This document shows, piece by piece, positions 36,962-50,964 of a stretch of DNA of 64,000 bases. Position 1 is the stretch's first letter, and the number at the start of each line of letters is the position of its first letter. Source of the DNA: Sphyrna mokarran (Eukaryota). The stretch lies in the NCBI GenBank assembly GCA_024679065.1, contig JAGIQG010000002.1:72230001-72294000 (forward strand), written 5' to 3'. The position numbers and the translations under genes were made by a program. The notes beneath the pieces were generated by a model, which did no database searches, was not told where the DNA came from, and worked only from the letters and a program-made list of their open reading frames with translations.

Positions 36962-39900
36962 GTTATTGACAATTCGGAAAATATTGTTGGCATTTTATTT
37001 GTTATATTTTATGAGGTTAATACGTTGGACACCAATCTGAACGTTATAATAATTATATGCTTAGCAATAAAATCCAATATTCAGTTGTCATTGTTATGGC
37101 AACTCAAGCAATGGGGTAAGAAATGTGGGGGATGGGGGATTACAAGAAATGCGGTTAGTTTTTTCTTTGTATTGCATTAGCGGCATTATTTGGGGGAAAT
37201 GAAAGGTGCCTTTTGCTTTTTTGGATGTACTACTTAACTTGCCTCATGCACATTCCCAAAACTCCCACCCAAACATTGAACTCAGTGCTGACCATATAAC
37301 TCGCGGAATATGCGGAGCCAGGGGTTTCACATGCCTAATTGGATTCTGACTGTATTTTTATGTCCTTGGTTCTCATATTTACAACTGAAAATAAGAAACA
37401 GTGATCCTGACAGACTTCACTGGTTTAGTTGATATTTTTGAAAAGAGATTTTATTTACTATTCCTTGGTTTACCCAGCCTAAAATGTACAAAATAATTAG
37501 CGAATCCAGTACTGATTTATCTATCACTTATGCTTCGTACTCAGACATCTTACAGATACATTGGGATTCATAGTTAAATATGGACGGGACAAATAATGCC
37601 TACAGGAACACTATTATAATAAGAAGCTCAAATTAAAAGGCGTCGGCCTGAAACAACGTGGCCGATTGATTGAAGTTTCTGAGCGTGCATTTTTGAAAAA
37701 GATTTTTACCTTTTAATAAGAACTGCAGACGGACCTTCTGGAGATGCATTGCCTTATAAAGAAAAATAAAGAGGGTAAGGTATACATTGGCATTGCCATT
37801 AATTTGTGGAAGTATTACTCTTCTAAACCGTTTTCAGATCCGCCAGAATTGGATAAACGTTTGAATCACACTCTTGTTAAGAATGGGGGCAGTCCTAAAC
37901 AGAAAGGATCGAATTGTGGCTGCATTAGAATCTTCATCCTACTGTAATCACCAGCATTGCGCGACCTTAATTCCAGCAGCGGCGTTACTTGTTCACACAA
38001 AGGTGCCTAACGTACCACATGATGGAAGAAATTCAGAACAATTATCTCTGGATCCACTTTCAAGACTAAATTGATCTCAAACTTCCACGAGTTTCGGCAT
38101 ATAAATGGGGGTTTCCTGTAAATAACAGTAACGATATTGTTGTCTGCTTGATTGTTAGAAATGCAATCAAAACAATAGTCGATCTTCCATTTCATATGCA
38201 GAGGTTTCTAAAGTCAATTTTATTAATATTGAATTTGAAACGTGGTAATTGCACACTTTCTTCATAGTTACAGAATCATCGGCTTCTATGAAACGATCCG
38301 ATTGTTTGGACTAATTGGGAAGAAAGTTATGTGGAATTCCAGTTTGTATAACGACCCATAGGAAGATTATTTAATCGTTGTAGCAGCATTACCCGGCACA
38401 CCGGGGAGCGGGGCGAGTCGAAATAGTGGAAATTGATGTTCTAACTTGCATCGCCGTTGGCTCAGCAGACCAACAAGGGTCTTTACAGTTAACAGTGGAA
38501 CAGAGTCAGTGAGAACGCTCATATTTCTTGCACAGAGAAAGCGGTGATTCCTTCCTGTTAACAAGAAGAGGGGAACTCGGTCAATCCACACAGCAGCAAC
38601 GATCTAAATGCCGCATGAGGGTGTTCATTCTCCATTGCTGATCGACACGGGTGGAGGACATTTCAGGGCTTCTGTAATATTGCGCGATTGTCAATGAACT
38701 TTTTTTGCGTGGTTAGAAAATGGCGCATCCTTAATCGAACATCGAGTGAGTCGGCATTAAATGTAATCACACGGATATACAGTATTTCAACAATAACCCT
38801 GATCAAACCTAGCAGTGAATGGATCAATATTTATTAGTAGTTACAAATATGTAAAAACTCCATCATTAAACCTAGCGTAAACATCAGAGTGCGTGGATAG
38901 ATATATATCTATATAAACGTGGCATCAAATCTAACTGACTTCATATTTACAGGATGTATTTTCATCGTACTAATGGAAAGTAGGTGCAAACTGGACTGAG
39001 ATCTGACTGAATCTATCTCCAGACATATAATTAAGCTAGTCAAGGGTTTGTGAGCACAGTAATAAACTTCAGTAAATTCAGGGCCGTACAGGAAGAATTT
39101 GAAAAGCCGGCCTTCGGGCATTTGAGTGTTTGAGCTCGGGCCGCGGGTGGGTTCCTGGATGTGGGAGTTGGGTTGTGTTCGAGTTTCTGGTGGTTGAATT
39201 CGCTTGGAGTCTGGCTCGCAGACTTCCCGCAGACTCTCTCTCTCTCTCTTTGTGTTACCCACAATTAGCAGCTTTGAATGGCAGAGAGGAGCCGAGAGGG
39301 CGGCAGCTGAGATCACAGAAAACCGCATTCCTGTGGGTGCAGACCGGCTCCAGAGCTATACTACTCCCAGCCACAGCCCACCTCACTGAACATATATTCT
39401 GCAGCAAAGAAAATCGAGAAATATTACATTTAACGACGTTCTCCCGCCCAGAAATGGCATGCACTTAAATATATACACACTGACAAACATGTATATAGGC
39501 ACACATACATACGCGAACACATGCATGTAAATATATATATAGATGTCAATGTATTATAGATACATATACATATACGTATGCGTGGACAGTAGGTACCTGA
39601 ACAAGTGAAAGAAGCAAACACAAAATTATATGCGCAAGACCATATCGCTTACAGTTTTTCGAGGTCTTGTACGGCATATAATCCGCTTAAAACATGCAAT
39701 GTACAAGTAAATTAACTATTTGTGCACATTTTAGATGGATTAAATTATTTAAGTATTAGATCGATGCAGCAGGTTAATGTTAACCTCAATCACAAAAAAT
39801 TCCCCGAGATCATGATTGTTCATTTTAATTTGCGAAAATTTGGGACAGTTGCATCGAACTTTTACCTTTCACAATTTCTCTTGATTGAAAGGAAACTACA

Positions 39901-41799
39901 GGATTTAAAATCTAGTTGAGATGCGCAGCTAAAATTGTAACGTATTTAGCAGTGTATCATATATGAAGTGGTGTAGCCTGTGGAGTCTTTAGTTTGAGAT
40001 TATTTACCCTGGTTTTTTGTATCCTTCTAAAATGACTGGGATTTGGGATCGAATTAGCTCATGTTTTCTGCTCCAGTGTTGCCGGGGAAAAATGAGTAAA
40101 ATACAATTTGTTGACGTTATTCTATCCGTCTGGCAATCGAAGCATTAAAAGCTGTCACATCAGAACCATTTTAATTGTTAAGCTGCATGTCTAACGACAA
40201 GCCTGGTTAGCTGTAATTTGATACAACAGGCAGCAGCAGCGCCTAAAGCCAGCTCTATGTGACTGTAAGATTTAAATGTTGATGGTTGACAGTATTTTGC
40301 ACATCTTACAGTAGGAAACACAGTTCCATCTAATTATTTTCGCTATGCATAATGCAACCACAATCCACTCGTTGCCAAGTTTAGCATTTCAATTGTTTGG
40401 GGGGAGGTGTGGAGAGGGCGGGGGGAGACATGCTTTTACATGGCATATGTGACTTCAAACATGCTCCACAGCATAGATAGAATAGCTGTCTAAAGTGTAT
40501 TGTAAACTGAAATGTGTGGGGACCAGTAAGTCACCTGTTGGTAGCGTAAACTATGGTGCCTTATGCACAGGATCTCTTTTTTTTAAAAAAACATGCTTCC
40601 TTTTAAAAATATAGTCGAAGTGCGTTCTGATTCAAATAACAGTTACAGTGGTTATTAATATCTGAAGCTATTAAAATAATAATCGTCTGTAGAATCATCT
40701 GGTTCGTAATAGCAGCTGATGTGGGCGAAGGTCTGTTTATTTTGTTAAAACAAGGTGTAGAAAAGATACATCAAAAGTGTAGTATAGAGAAATTGCTGTT
40801 TGCTGTTCATGCTTGGGATTTTTTTTTCATTTTTTTGCTTGGATTTTCTCAATTCCTTCAGTTCATTTCCAATTTTATTATCGATTCCCCTCTCATGCCC
40901 ATAAATATTTATTTTATCCTGGTGACAAATGATGTTTTGTCATTCAAATATCGCTTTTTTGACTGCACCTTTCCATATATATATGAATTAATGAGGCGAC
41001 TGAAGTGTTTCTGAAAGTGAGACAGAATGATATCTTCAGCTTTCATGAGTGAGACTGCAAACACTGAAGCGTTTCTAGTAGATGTTGGCCTTGTCCCTTA
41101 ACATCAACAGCACGGTTGCATTTGCGAATAAGGAGTCTGTCTGCGGGGAGGCCAAAGACGGAAGATAAAGCTAGTAGCAGATCTCCAATTTGGGAAGCAT
41201 CCTGACTCCAGGCCAGTTCCAAGGTAATAATATACTCCAGTGTTCCCAATATGTTAGACGCGGGCTGAATGATGAGAATAATTGACGCTTATATTTTGAC
41301 AAACGGCGCCCCATCTTTCCACAAGACACGTGAAAGACGCCGCTTCGCCTCAGCTGCCAGGGCTGACCCAGAAGGCCGAGGACTTGAGAACTCAGCGAAT
41401 TTGCCGCGTTGGAGAGTACCGAGCAAGCTACTTTCGCAATGTATTCTGAATTAGAAATTGCCCAAAGCTGAATTCATAACTTTTTTTAATATACAATAAA
41501 TCCGAGACTTAAATATCTTTACTGCAAATTTAACCGCAGTTTGTAAATATATGTAGCGTTGATATATAAAATGTGGCAACAAAACAATGGATTTTCTTCC
41601 AATCTGCCGATCATTAATTTCAATAAATATAATTGTCAGAAGACACACTATGATTAGAGTAACTACCCACTTATTGGCATTATTCCATACCGTTAACTCA
41701 CTCGCTCTTCTCTCCAGCTCTGCGCTTTATATCCGTCCTTTTGACTCACATTTGTTTCTTTGCGTTTCTGCTGCAATTTCACCCGCTGAGAACCTTTAG

Positions 41800-42120
41800 A
41801 ATTAAACATTGTGAGTTTTCCACTCAGCAGCCATCTGCTCTATACAAATAATGGCGAAATTAGCCTAACTGGACAGTTGCAGCGATGTAATAACTTGCAG
41901 TAATTATCCCCCAGTCTGGATTAAGATGTTATTATTATAATCTGGACATTTACAATTGCCATAATTTGCAAAGATGCGCCGGTTCTTGATTACAGCAGTT
42001 TTATCAACCGAGCCGTCACCAAACACTGACAGTAATAACAGCTAATTTTGCTGGCAATATAAGAGGTGGCGGGTGTGCAAACAATTTCACACCTGGATAT
42101 GCTCACTCAACCGGAGGAGC
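41800..42120. promoter_or_regulatory. Dlx5/6 intergenic enhancer I56ii (eii) orthologue
   Basis: Dense TAAT/ATTA sites; ATAATTTGCAAAGATGCGCC.GTTCTTGATTACAGC and AATAACAGCTAATTTTGCTGGCAAT resemble the mammalian element as I recall it; lies on the Dlx5 side of I56i. Confidence 0.7.
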
Positions 42121-42652
42121 TCACGCTTCTGCCCGGTTATACAGTATAACGATTTGACTAGTCACCGTTGGCAGAGTTTTCTATTGGGTGTGTACTTGGA
42201 AAGGACATGTCAGGTATGTTTGAAACACGCTTTGTATACGTACACATATTCACACAACTTAATATGAATGTATACATACACATATTTGTATATTTTCTAT
42301 ATATAGACATTTAAGATACGTCATCTACGGAGGGGAAAGTTTACGCCTGAGTACAAGCGAAAGTGTGATATAAAATCGTGATTTGTTTGAGACAATTTGA
42401 TGATGAACACTTGGGTACATCTTCATTTTGCACTATCACACTGTCACTGGTTGCTTTGATGGGCATGGTGAGGTAAAATGACTGTAAGACGAAGGCGCTC
42501 TGTACAGAATATTTTCCAAAATGCCGATGCCCTCATGTTCTGTTTTTGCCTGCGGCGCTTTGCTGAACAAATTACAGACAACACTGGGGATAGATCGTAG
42601 TATCTCAGAGGCCCAAGCCTCAAAGAACGAGTTCTCCATTCATTCGCCCGTC

Positions 42653-42702
42653 CTTCTATCTATTCATCTATCTGTCTATCTATCTATCTATCTATCTGTC
42701 TG
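42653..42702 (+). repeat. (TCTA)n/(TCTG)n microsatellite
   Basis: TCTATCTATTCATCTATCTGTCTATCTATCTATCTATCTATCTGTCTGTC. Confidence 0.9.
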
Positions 42703-45049
42703 TCATTTTACAGGCAATCTGATAACATGGCAGAATTGCTTGCATATAATCATTCATAAATTTCAAGAATATTCTAACCATTTCGACTAGTGCTTTTATA
42801 AACCGCGATTATATGAAAATAAATTTTTATTTAAGAGATGCATTTTATATTTTGGGATATACAATGCGTGTTATTATCCTATAAACTGCTAGAAACGAAG
42901 TCCAAGATAACAACATTTCCAACGCTATTTGTTCCTCGGCTCGCCCAGTGATGGTCAGTTTGGTGCTGTCGGTACTTTGTTCTCCTGCTTATGGTGTCGG
43001 AGCAAGTAACTGCAAGTCATGATAAAATTAAAAATAAGTTTAGGATTACAATAACATCTGATTTTCAAGAAACCAGAGCTGCTAAAAAGTTACGCCAAAT
43101 TTTGCACTTGAACCTGGTGGGCCATCTAGACACAAACTTCCCTCGGTATGTTCATTAAGTTTCAAAAAATGTTAATGCGGTTGTGTGCGTGTATGTGTGC
43201 GTGTGGCTATGTTTAATATTTAGCTCTGAAAGAATTGAAGTTATGATCTCTACTGGACCCACATGCACGACGTCAGACGCAGTTATACACTTGGCTTCGC
43301 TTGTTTTTTTCTACATCAGTGGGCGGTTCGAGGGTCAGGCGGAAGTGCAGCTTCGATCCCGAAAGAAATATTGGCGAAATAACTGGAAACCAGGCGTATA
43401 TATTCAGATATACAATATACACACGGGGTGGGATGCGAACAAAAACCGAGGGATAGGCTGACTCGGTAAAACCTTCGAACATCAACCAAGAGGCAAGAAC
43501 ATCCCCAAACCCATAGCCGGAGGGCGTGGGAGCTCTCAGCAACTCAGGGGGAAAAAAAACAACTCCCGGTTTTATCATTAAACTCAATTCACAACTTGTT
43601 TCGGGGTTCTTAGTAACATTCGCATCACTGATTCGAGGTGCCTGTGCCGATTGATATTTGATTTTCACGTATTAATTCTGCGCTGAGAAACACATTTTGC
43701 AAGATGCCAGGCACACGGAATATTTGATATCAGGGAAAAGAGAAATGACCCTCGCTCAACTCGGATCACTTCACACAAAGATCAAGAATGTTCCTCTGTG
43801 CCGTCTTTTAATCCTGGCGCGAGTGCATTCCCCATGGAAACAGAGAATTGGAAAGGAACAGATAGAGGTTACACATTGTTTTCCTAGTTGGGCGGGAGGA
43901 ACTAAAACATCTGCTGCCACGAAGTATGTAAAATATCCCATGATGGTTTCTGGTAAAACATACACTGAACATGGCACTCAGACTGTCACAACACATACCA
44001 CAGGGACGGCTTTGAAATGCGGAGAGCCGTGATCTAACAATAAGTTATATTAAAGTGCAGATTTTATGTAACGCTTAAAACCCGACTTATGAAGAGATAC
44101 CAAGCCGCTTTACTTACATTTTGCTGATTAATCAGACAACTGGTTATGGTTTTCCACTGGGAGGGTGGGATTGGGGGTGGGGGGGGGGTGTTGGAGAACA
44201 ATTACAGTATAACGTACTATTGTATTCCTAAATAACACATCCCGTCGATTATAGGTTAAAAAAGGACATATCTCACAATTTTCGCCGTGTGCATTTGCTT
44301 TACCATTTAAATATGTCAGCACTTTATTTCATACCATAACTTCTATAGAAACAAAGAACGGATCTACAGATATACAGAGAGAAATTAGGCTGGAACATAA
44401 TCTGTGCCGCATTCGTGTTCTTGTTGTAATGTTGATTGGTTCAAATGGTTTTCATTTGATTTTCACGTACTGTTACAAAGGCGGAAAAAAGACCGCCTGT
44501 CACCTTGAAAAAATCGGTACAGTTCCTCTATCATCTCCAAAGACAACTTCCTTCACACATTGTTTAAATATTAGCATTAATATATTTGATCAGAATCGCT
44601 GACTTAGGTAGGCGACGTGCAAAAATATTCTATAGCATCATTTTTGTCGTCCATGGCTGGACTTTTTATTCAACACATTAACTACGTGTTCCAAAAATAC
44701 ACTGTTAGCTGTCCAACTATAATCAGCGCTAGAAGCCGCTGATGTGATGCTGAATGGCTTAACTCTGCTTTGTCTGCAAATTCACAGGTGGAAATGTTTT
44801 CTTCAATGAATGTTAGGATGCAAAACAGCCGCGTTTAATCTTTACAACAATACCAGATTAGGTTCAATGCAACAAATTTTAAAACCTCAGTGCATTTTCA
44901 TCAGAAAATGATCAAAATTTTAGATGCATAAAATGGAGTTTACAGCGAGCTGTTGCACCATTGATCTTGTTTGCTTTCTTAATCACTTCGATTAATCGAC
45001 CTCTGGTCGATTCGCTCCACAAATATAAATGTACTTTTTGAATTGAGAT

Positions 45050-45560
45050 TTATTTATGCAATTAAAGTATGAATTAAAATCATTTTAAACATTAGGGATG
45101 GGATTCTTTATTTAACGTATATGGGGACTGTGCAGATTTATGCAAATTTTCCAGGTAATTGCAAGCACATTGGCTGAAATCAGAGCTTGAAGTCATTTTT
45201 TCTTTTTGTAGATGCGGGATTCGCTTTGCTCAACTTGGCACTTTCACTGGATCAGATTTAAGAAGCCCCTTTAATTGGTTTATGAATAACACAACGTCCT
45301 ATTCTTTCTCTTTTGTTTCACTCTTCCTCCTGAATTTAAATAACTATCGCTCTTTAGTATTAAAAGTGGAAGAAAATTACATGTAATTACCTTTGACTGT
45401 AAAAACGCTGTAATCAGCGGGCTACAATAAAAATTACCCTAATTATAGTCGCTTTTATGATGGTCTAAGCCTTTCTCGTGAATAATACCGTAAATTGTAC
45501 CAAATATCAGCTTCAAATTGGATGGGACTGCAGCTGGAGCTTTTTGTTTAGTATTGATCG
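45050..45560. promoter_or_regulatory. Ultraconserved enhancer I56i (ei) orthologue
   Basis: CTTTAGTATTAAAAGTGGAAGAAAATTACATGTAATTACCTTTGACTGTAAAAACGCTGTAATCAGCGGGCTACAATAAAAATTACCCTAATTATAG matches the recalled I56i core with paired Dlx TAATT sites; ~1.3 kb beyond the Dlx6 stop; boundaries approximate. Confidence 0.85.
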
Positions 45561-46333
45561 TGTTGGATTTTACATTAGATTTTCACAGTTCGAGAAAAGC
45601 AGTCAATATTGCCAGTGGAGTGGCGAATCCATTAAATGAGATCAGAACCGTAGCTGATAATAGAGCTCTGTAATTTACTTCCTCGGTTTTTCTGTAGAAC
45701 CAAACAGCTTTACGTTGGTAAGTAATGATGGTTTTGTACATACTGCGAGTTATTGTCATTTTGGAATCTTGTGCACGTCTTTTTTTTTGTCAATTTTGAT
45801 CAGTGGCTTTGCTTCAGTAGCTCTCAATTAGATGTGTACAGGTCCATAGTGAAACAACTTCGGGTTGTATGTCGTATTTTACCGTTTGCTTGTTTCTAGC
45901 TCACTTCATATTATTCATTGTGAACAATGTTTTAAGACAATGAAAATGTACAGATTTCTTTGCGTAACTTCACAATGTTATGTTTGTGTTCAATCATTGT
46001 TTTATCAATTGTAAAATATATTTATATAGAAGTTTCTGTGGCCTCTTTACCTAGGCTGGATTCTTTCAATGTAAGGGCATACCAAGCACATCTTCAAAAT
46101 GTGTTCTCTGAATATCGGCCATTCCGGCAAGGCTGCATTTTCGATATTAATGTAGCACAGTGATAGGCGGAGTTCTGAAATTCCCACCAGATCCCCCAGA
46201 AACAAACACTTCGGAAAAAAATATACAATCTTTACGAAGCGGGACCAGTGGTTAGCAAGCGGTAAACCGTCAAAGTGCAATTCTTTCGATGTGGTTTGAA
46301 ACAACAAGAAACGCATGATTTATGATTTTATGA

Positions 46334-46339
46334 TTTATT
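46334..46339 (-). terminator. Candidate Dlx6 polyadenylation signal
   Basis: AATAAA on minus ~405 nt after the stop, preceded by TGTATATA and TGTACATA. Confidence 0.5.
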
Positions 46340-46743
46340 ACCCAGTATGAAAGAGACATAAAACATAAACTATGTACAACTAAAAATTAAACAATATATA
46401 CATACAAGTTGTCATTTTATAAGCTTCCAGTGCGTCTTAGCATCACTAACCCATGCTGTTTCAAAATCAGCATAAAATCTTCCATACTGCATTCGCATGT
46501 CTGTTCATTGGCTATCATTGAATCTATGGAGGCAGTGGTAGCTTTCTTGTAATGTCTACAGTCACTGACCATTCCTCCTTTTCCGCCCACTGCCAGTCTG
46601 TTTTCACATAACTTTTAGCAACTGGGATAGTTGCTAAATCTCCCATCCAAAATGGTACCATGGGCATCCGGGCATTGCTTAACGATGGGCTCCCTCTTAA
46701 TCCCATTGTGTTCTGTCCATTTAGAGTCACCGGCCTCACACTG

Positions 46744-46992
46744 TCACATCATTTGTCTTTGTACAGTGTCCTGGTGAGCCGTGGAGTACCAGGGAGAATA
46801 ACCAGCCATGTAATTGTTCGGGGTCATGTTAACGCCTTTGGTCGAAGTTGAGATGTCCCACACTGGTGGCATGGCTGGGGAGCGAGGGGAAAGAGCAGCC
46901 GACCCTGGCACAGAATCATTCTCAAGAGGATTGCCGCCCTGCTTCATGAGCTTCTTAAATTTGGAGCGTTTGTTCTGGAACCAGATCTTCAC
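46744..46992 (-). CDS. dlx6: Dlx6 coding exon 3; spliced protein 244 aa
   Basis: Acceptor TGTTATAG|; [19 protein letters not shown]...[13 protein letters not shown]...[21 protein letters not shown]. Confidence 0.97.
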   Translation of the reverse strand: MKIWFQNKRSKFKKLMKQGGNPLENDSVPGSAALSPRSPAMPPVWDISTSTKGVNMTPNNYMAGYSPWYSTAHQDTVQRQMM

Positions 46993-49980
46993 CTATAACA
47001 TATTTTAAAAAAAATAAATGCAAGGGCTTTAGATGGCTGGCAGTACCTTTGACTTGAGTTCACTCAGCGTGAAGGCAAATAGTTGTGTTCGAGCAAATAA
47101 TTTTGCATACATCCTTCAATCTGCATCATTTAAAAAAATTCAATGCGACTGAAACATTGCTTTACTTAAAATCATTTGCAGCTTATAAAATGTTTTCTCC
47201 TTTTCACTGACGAGGAATTTTTACCCTGAGGTAATGAGGTAATAACGCTATAAATTTCGCAGTTTCAGGAGTTAGTTTCCTCTTTAGATTTCTTTGAAAT
47301 AATGCTCGGGTTATAAAGAGACACTAAAATAATACAATCATTCTAATGATTTCCACGATGTGTGGGAGACATTTCCAGATTTTCTCTCTAATTCCCATTA
47401 TAGTTAGAAAATAATATTCAGATAATCAGACATTACAAAATACTTCATTAATTTCCTTGATCATAAACAAATTGAAATTATTGTAAAAGCAGGACTTTCA
47501 GATTGACTAGTAAAACGATAAGGTTCAAACCGCCTGAGATTTCAATAAAGTTTAGATTATGACTGGAATGATTAAAATACCCAAGGAGAAACACTCAGTG
47601 TTTGTATTTCCACCTTGAACGTCTCCTGAGTCTGACATGGAGAAATGCAACAAAATTATAATTAACACTTAAAAAATATCGTATTGCAAAATTTCACAGT
47701 GGAGTCATCAGCTTTCAAATGTTAATTATCCTGTCAATTCTACACAGCAAGTCAATAATGATATAATTTTATAATATCTACGCAATATGTGATACGTTTT
47801 AATGATTATATTTCTGCTGTCTTTCAACTGAGTTATTCAACATTTCTTTGTAATTATGATCCCATTTACAGGACTATATTTTAAGTTGTTGATCATACGT
47901 GGATTCCTCCTCCCCTCTCCCCCCCCCCCCCCCACCAACGATTGAAATTAAAGTAACAAATCGTTAATGATTTTCTTGTCTGGTCTTTTCCTACGCCACC
48001 GCAAACCCCACGCCCACACCGTTACCCACCCCCCTCCCTCCCAGCCCCAGAAAATACCGAAGATTGCTAGTGGTGAAGTTGCAACAGTGTTTGACAGGTC
48101 GTTCAAAACAGACACGGCTAATCAACGGTGTGTTATGAACTTGAGTGATAAACTCTTTGCGCAGATATAGAATGGGTCTGATTATCTATTAAATCAACTG
48201 TTTTCAAATGTGCTACACCTGAGGAAGTTTGTAATAGAGGGAACGAGTAATAACGTATTGAAAGAGAGAAACTGACAGCCACAGTAAAGGGCAATGTTGC
48301 AATCCCTGTTGTTGTATTTCCACTCCGTTTTAATAACGCCTGCAATATATCAGGAAGCCTGACATCCTAAAAAACTAAGTTGTTTTGTGAGCTCGAAACT
48401 AAACCAGCCGAGTTAGCAAATGTACTTGTGTCTTAACAACACTGCAATACTCTTGTCGTTCAATAAATAGTCCTTTTTTGTTACTTTATCTTGATTTTGA
48501 AATTATTAGCCTTTACACTTTTAAGGAAACATTGTTAAACGAAATGAAAACAGTTTGCTGATACACATTTGAAGTATACGAAATACGAATATTCTAATTG
48601 GCTCCCAGTGAAGAATAATCTTGTAATCGAGGTGGATAAAACATTGGTTCTAAGTGCTAAGGATAGGGGCGAAAAATTATAGTGATCGGGCAAGAGTCAG
48701 TTAGACTCTTAACAAACGCACAACTCTATTCAATTGCAGACCTCCCATTGTTCTGTACTGCATCAATGCCGGGATTTGCAAGAAGAACCACAGAGACTGA
48801 AAATGAATCAAGGAAGCGTGTTATAATAAACACCAATTCTTGACTCAATAGTCTATTAGTAGTAAGGTTCCCAAAGCTGCGTAACCAGGATTTGAACACA
48901 TTTCATACAGTTTACCGTCATGCCTTGCTAGATACATGCATACCTTATGATGATTACCGAGCAAACTGAAAGTCATACATTAATAAGCTGCATTCTTCCA
49001 AACACGTTCACCGAGCTCGCTTAACAACTTTAAGCAGGTGGGACACTTTGTTAACTTAACTCATGTTTCAAAGAGAGCACAACGGAATTCAGTTCGGGAG
49101 AGAAGTACAATAGACCCCGTGCCAAAACGTATGGTAAGTTCCCACCGTTTAGAAACAATGCAGATTTTTCTGGTTTTCCCCCCACCCCTTCTTCAAATGA
49201 GGAGAATCGTTAATTTTTTTGTAACGAGGTTTTTTTTTAGGATCATCCAAGCGCATTTTGGATAAGTTGAACTTATAAACTTAAGGAAAGTAATATTTTC
49301 ATGCAATTGAAGCTACGATTCAATTACAAACAGATTGTGCATGCGGTCAACTTGTGTTGAGCAGGCTTATTGTGGTTTTGGATAGACTTACACCAAAAAC
49401 ACCAAAGTCTAAGCAACACATCTCTTACTGCTTCCAGCGTTAAACATGTTCTTAAATTAAATGCCAAATCATCTAATAGTCACACTTCAAATGCCTATCC
49501 ATTTTGAGGATGGATTTTATATTAATTTCCATCCAAGCATAATGTCACAAAAAGTATCACGTTAAAATGTAAAAAAATGATGAATCTAGGCGTTCTCATT
49601 TGATTTAATTTGATATTTGCTACAGGATTAGGCTCACTTGGTGTTCTTAAAGCTGCACTTACCATTTTGATCGCTAGAGCGTCGGTTTTGATATAAAGTT
49701 ATATCTAAAGATAATTATCTAAAATTGAAAGGCTGAAGTTTATTCTAAGTTGGACAATGAGATCAAAACTGAACATTCTGTGCTATATTACTGAACCACT
49801 TCAATGCAGCAACATGCAGCCTCGGAGAATTTCGCTCAAGCGGTCCTCTCTGTGCAAGATGATTTACATAGTCACTAAATGCAACTTGTGAAAAAACTGC
49901 TAGGTCACAAGAAAAGGTAACGCTGGAAGCTGGTGTTCTTCACAGCGACCTGGTAAATGTCTCTTTCCTGGGCACTGTAC

Positions 49981-50174
49981 CTGTGTCTGTGTGAGCCCCA
50001 GCGAAGCGGCCAGCTCAGCTCTCTCAGGCAAAGCCAAGTATTGAGTCTGCTGAAAACGGTGGTTTAACGCCTGCAGCTGCAGACTGGAATAAATAGTGCG
50101 AGGCTTGCGGATCTTTTTTCCTTTCCCATTAAAGCGGATCTCTCCGTTTTCAATCACTGTTGTCTTTTGTTGTT
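49981..50174 (-). CDS. dlx6: Dlx6 coding exon 2 (homeodomain N-part)
   Basis: Acceptor TTGTTTTGCAG|; [65 protein letters not shown]; donor CAG|GTACAG; 194 nt. Confidence 0.98.
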
Positions 50175-50964
50175 CTGCAAAACAAGCATATGGTACACGA
50201 TGTCGACATTCTGCACAGCGAATTTCCTAAATCTACTTAAATATACATTCGTCGGGAAATCTTCCTTTCTTAGAGATATAAAGGGTTCCTTAACGGGTTT
50301 AAGAACATGAGCAGCCACTAAACAATCTGGCCTGGTGAAGATATTCTGGAAAGTTCCATTATCTTTAGACCCCCTGGCAAATTACAATAAAAAAAACACG
50401 CCGAGTAAAATTGCCGATCTGAAATCAGCAATTTAACAGTAAGATGTATTAATTAATGAAACGTCAGTTGCTTGCAAATGCATGTACACGGCACCACGTA
50501 ATTGACAGAGCCAACAGGGGTATACTGTTATTTGGCGACGAGAAGTTATGTTGCATCAAATGAACAGTCAGGAATCTAAATTCCGATTACAGATTGACAT
50601 CATGTCTACGGCCATCACCTTCCTGTTTACTTTCACTTCTCTACCGAAAATTGTTATCAAATCTATTCCAAGCGTGCTGACAGACAACCCCATTAAAACA
50701 TCCCAAACAAAAGGAAAGAGAGCGACTTAAATTAGTCATGGGCACCCACTAGGAAGAAAATTCAATTCAGAATGAAGAAATCAGTAATCGAACAGAGAAA
50801 AGAAAGGGAGAGAGGAAGAGAAAATATGAATCGAAAGGCTGAACGTGCTTGCCTTACACCGTTTAAACAATCTGCTGTTTGAATCACTAGAGAATATCAC
50901 AGTTGGTTTAATCAGGACGGAAAGGCCGGATGTGTTTTTACACTGAGTATGACCGACGACTCAC

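Noticed and set aside
38909-39468. Overlapping 139-aa and 112-aa intergenic ORFs
   Set aside because: No homology or splice structure; explained by local GC richness, though a non-coding promoter is not excluded
40286-40310. miR-200/429-like words (AATACTG, CATCTTAC)
   Set aside because: They lie on opposite strands, which is incompatible with a miR-200 precursor
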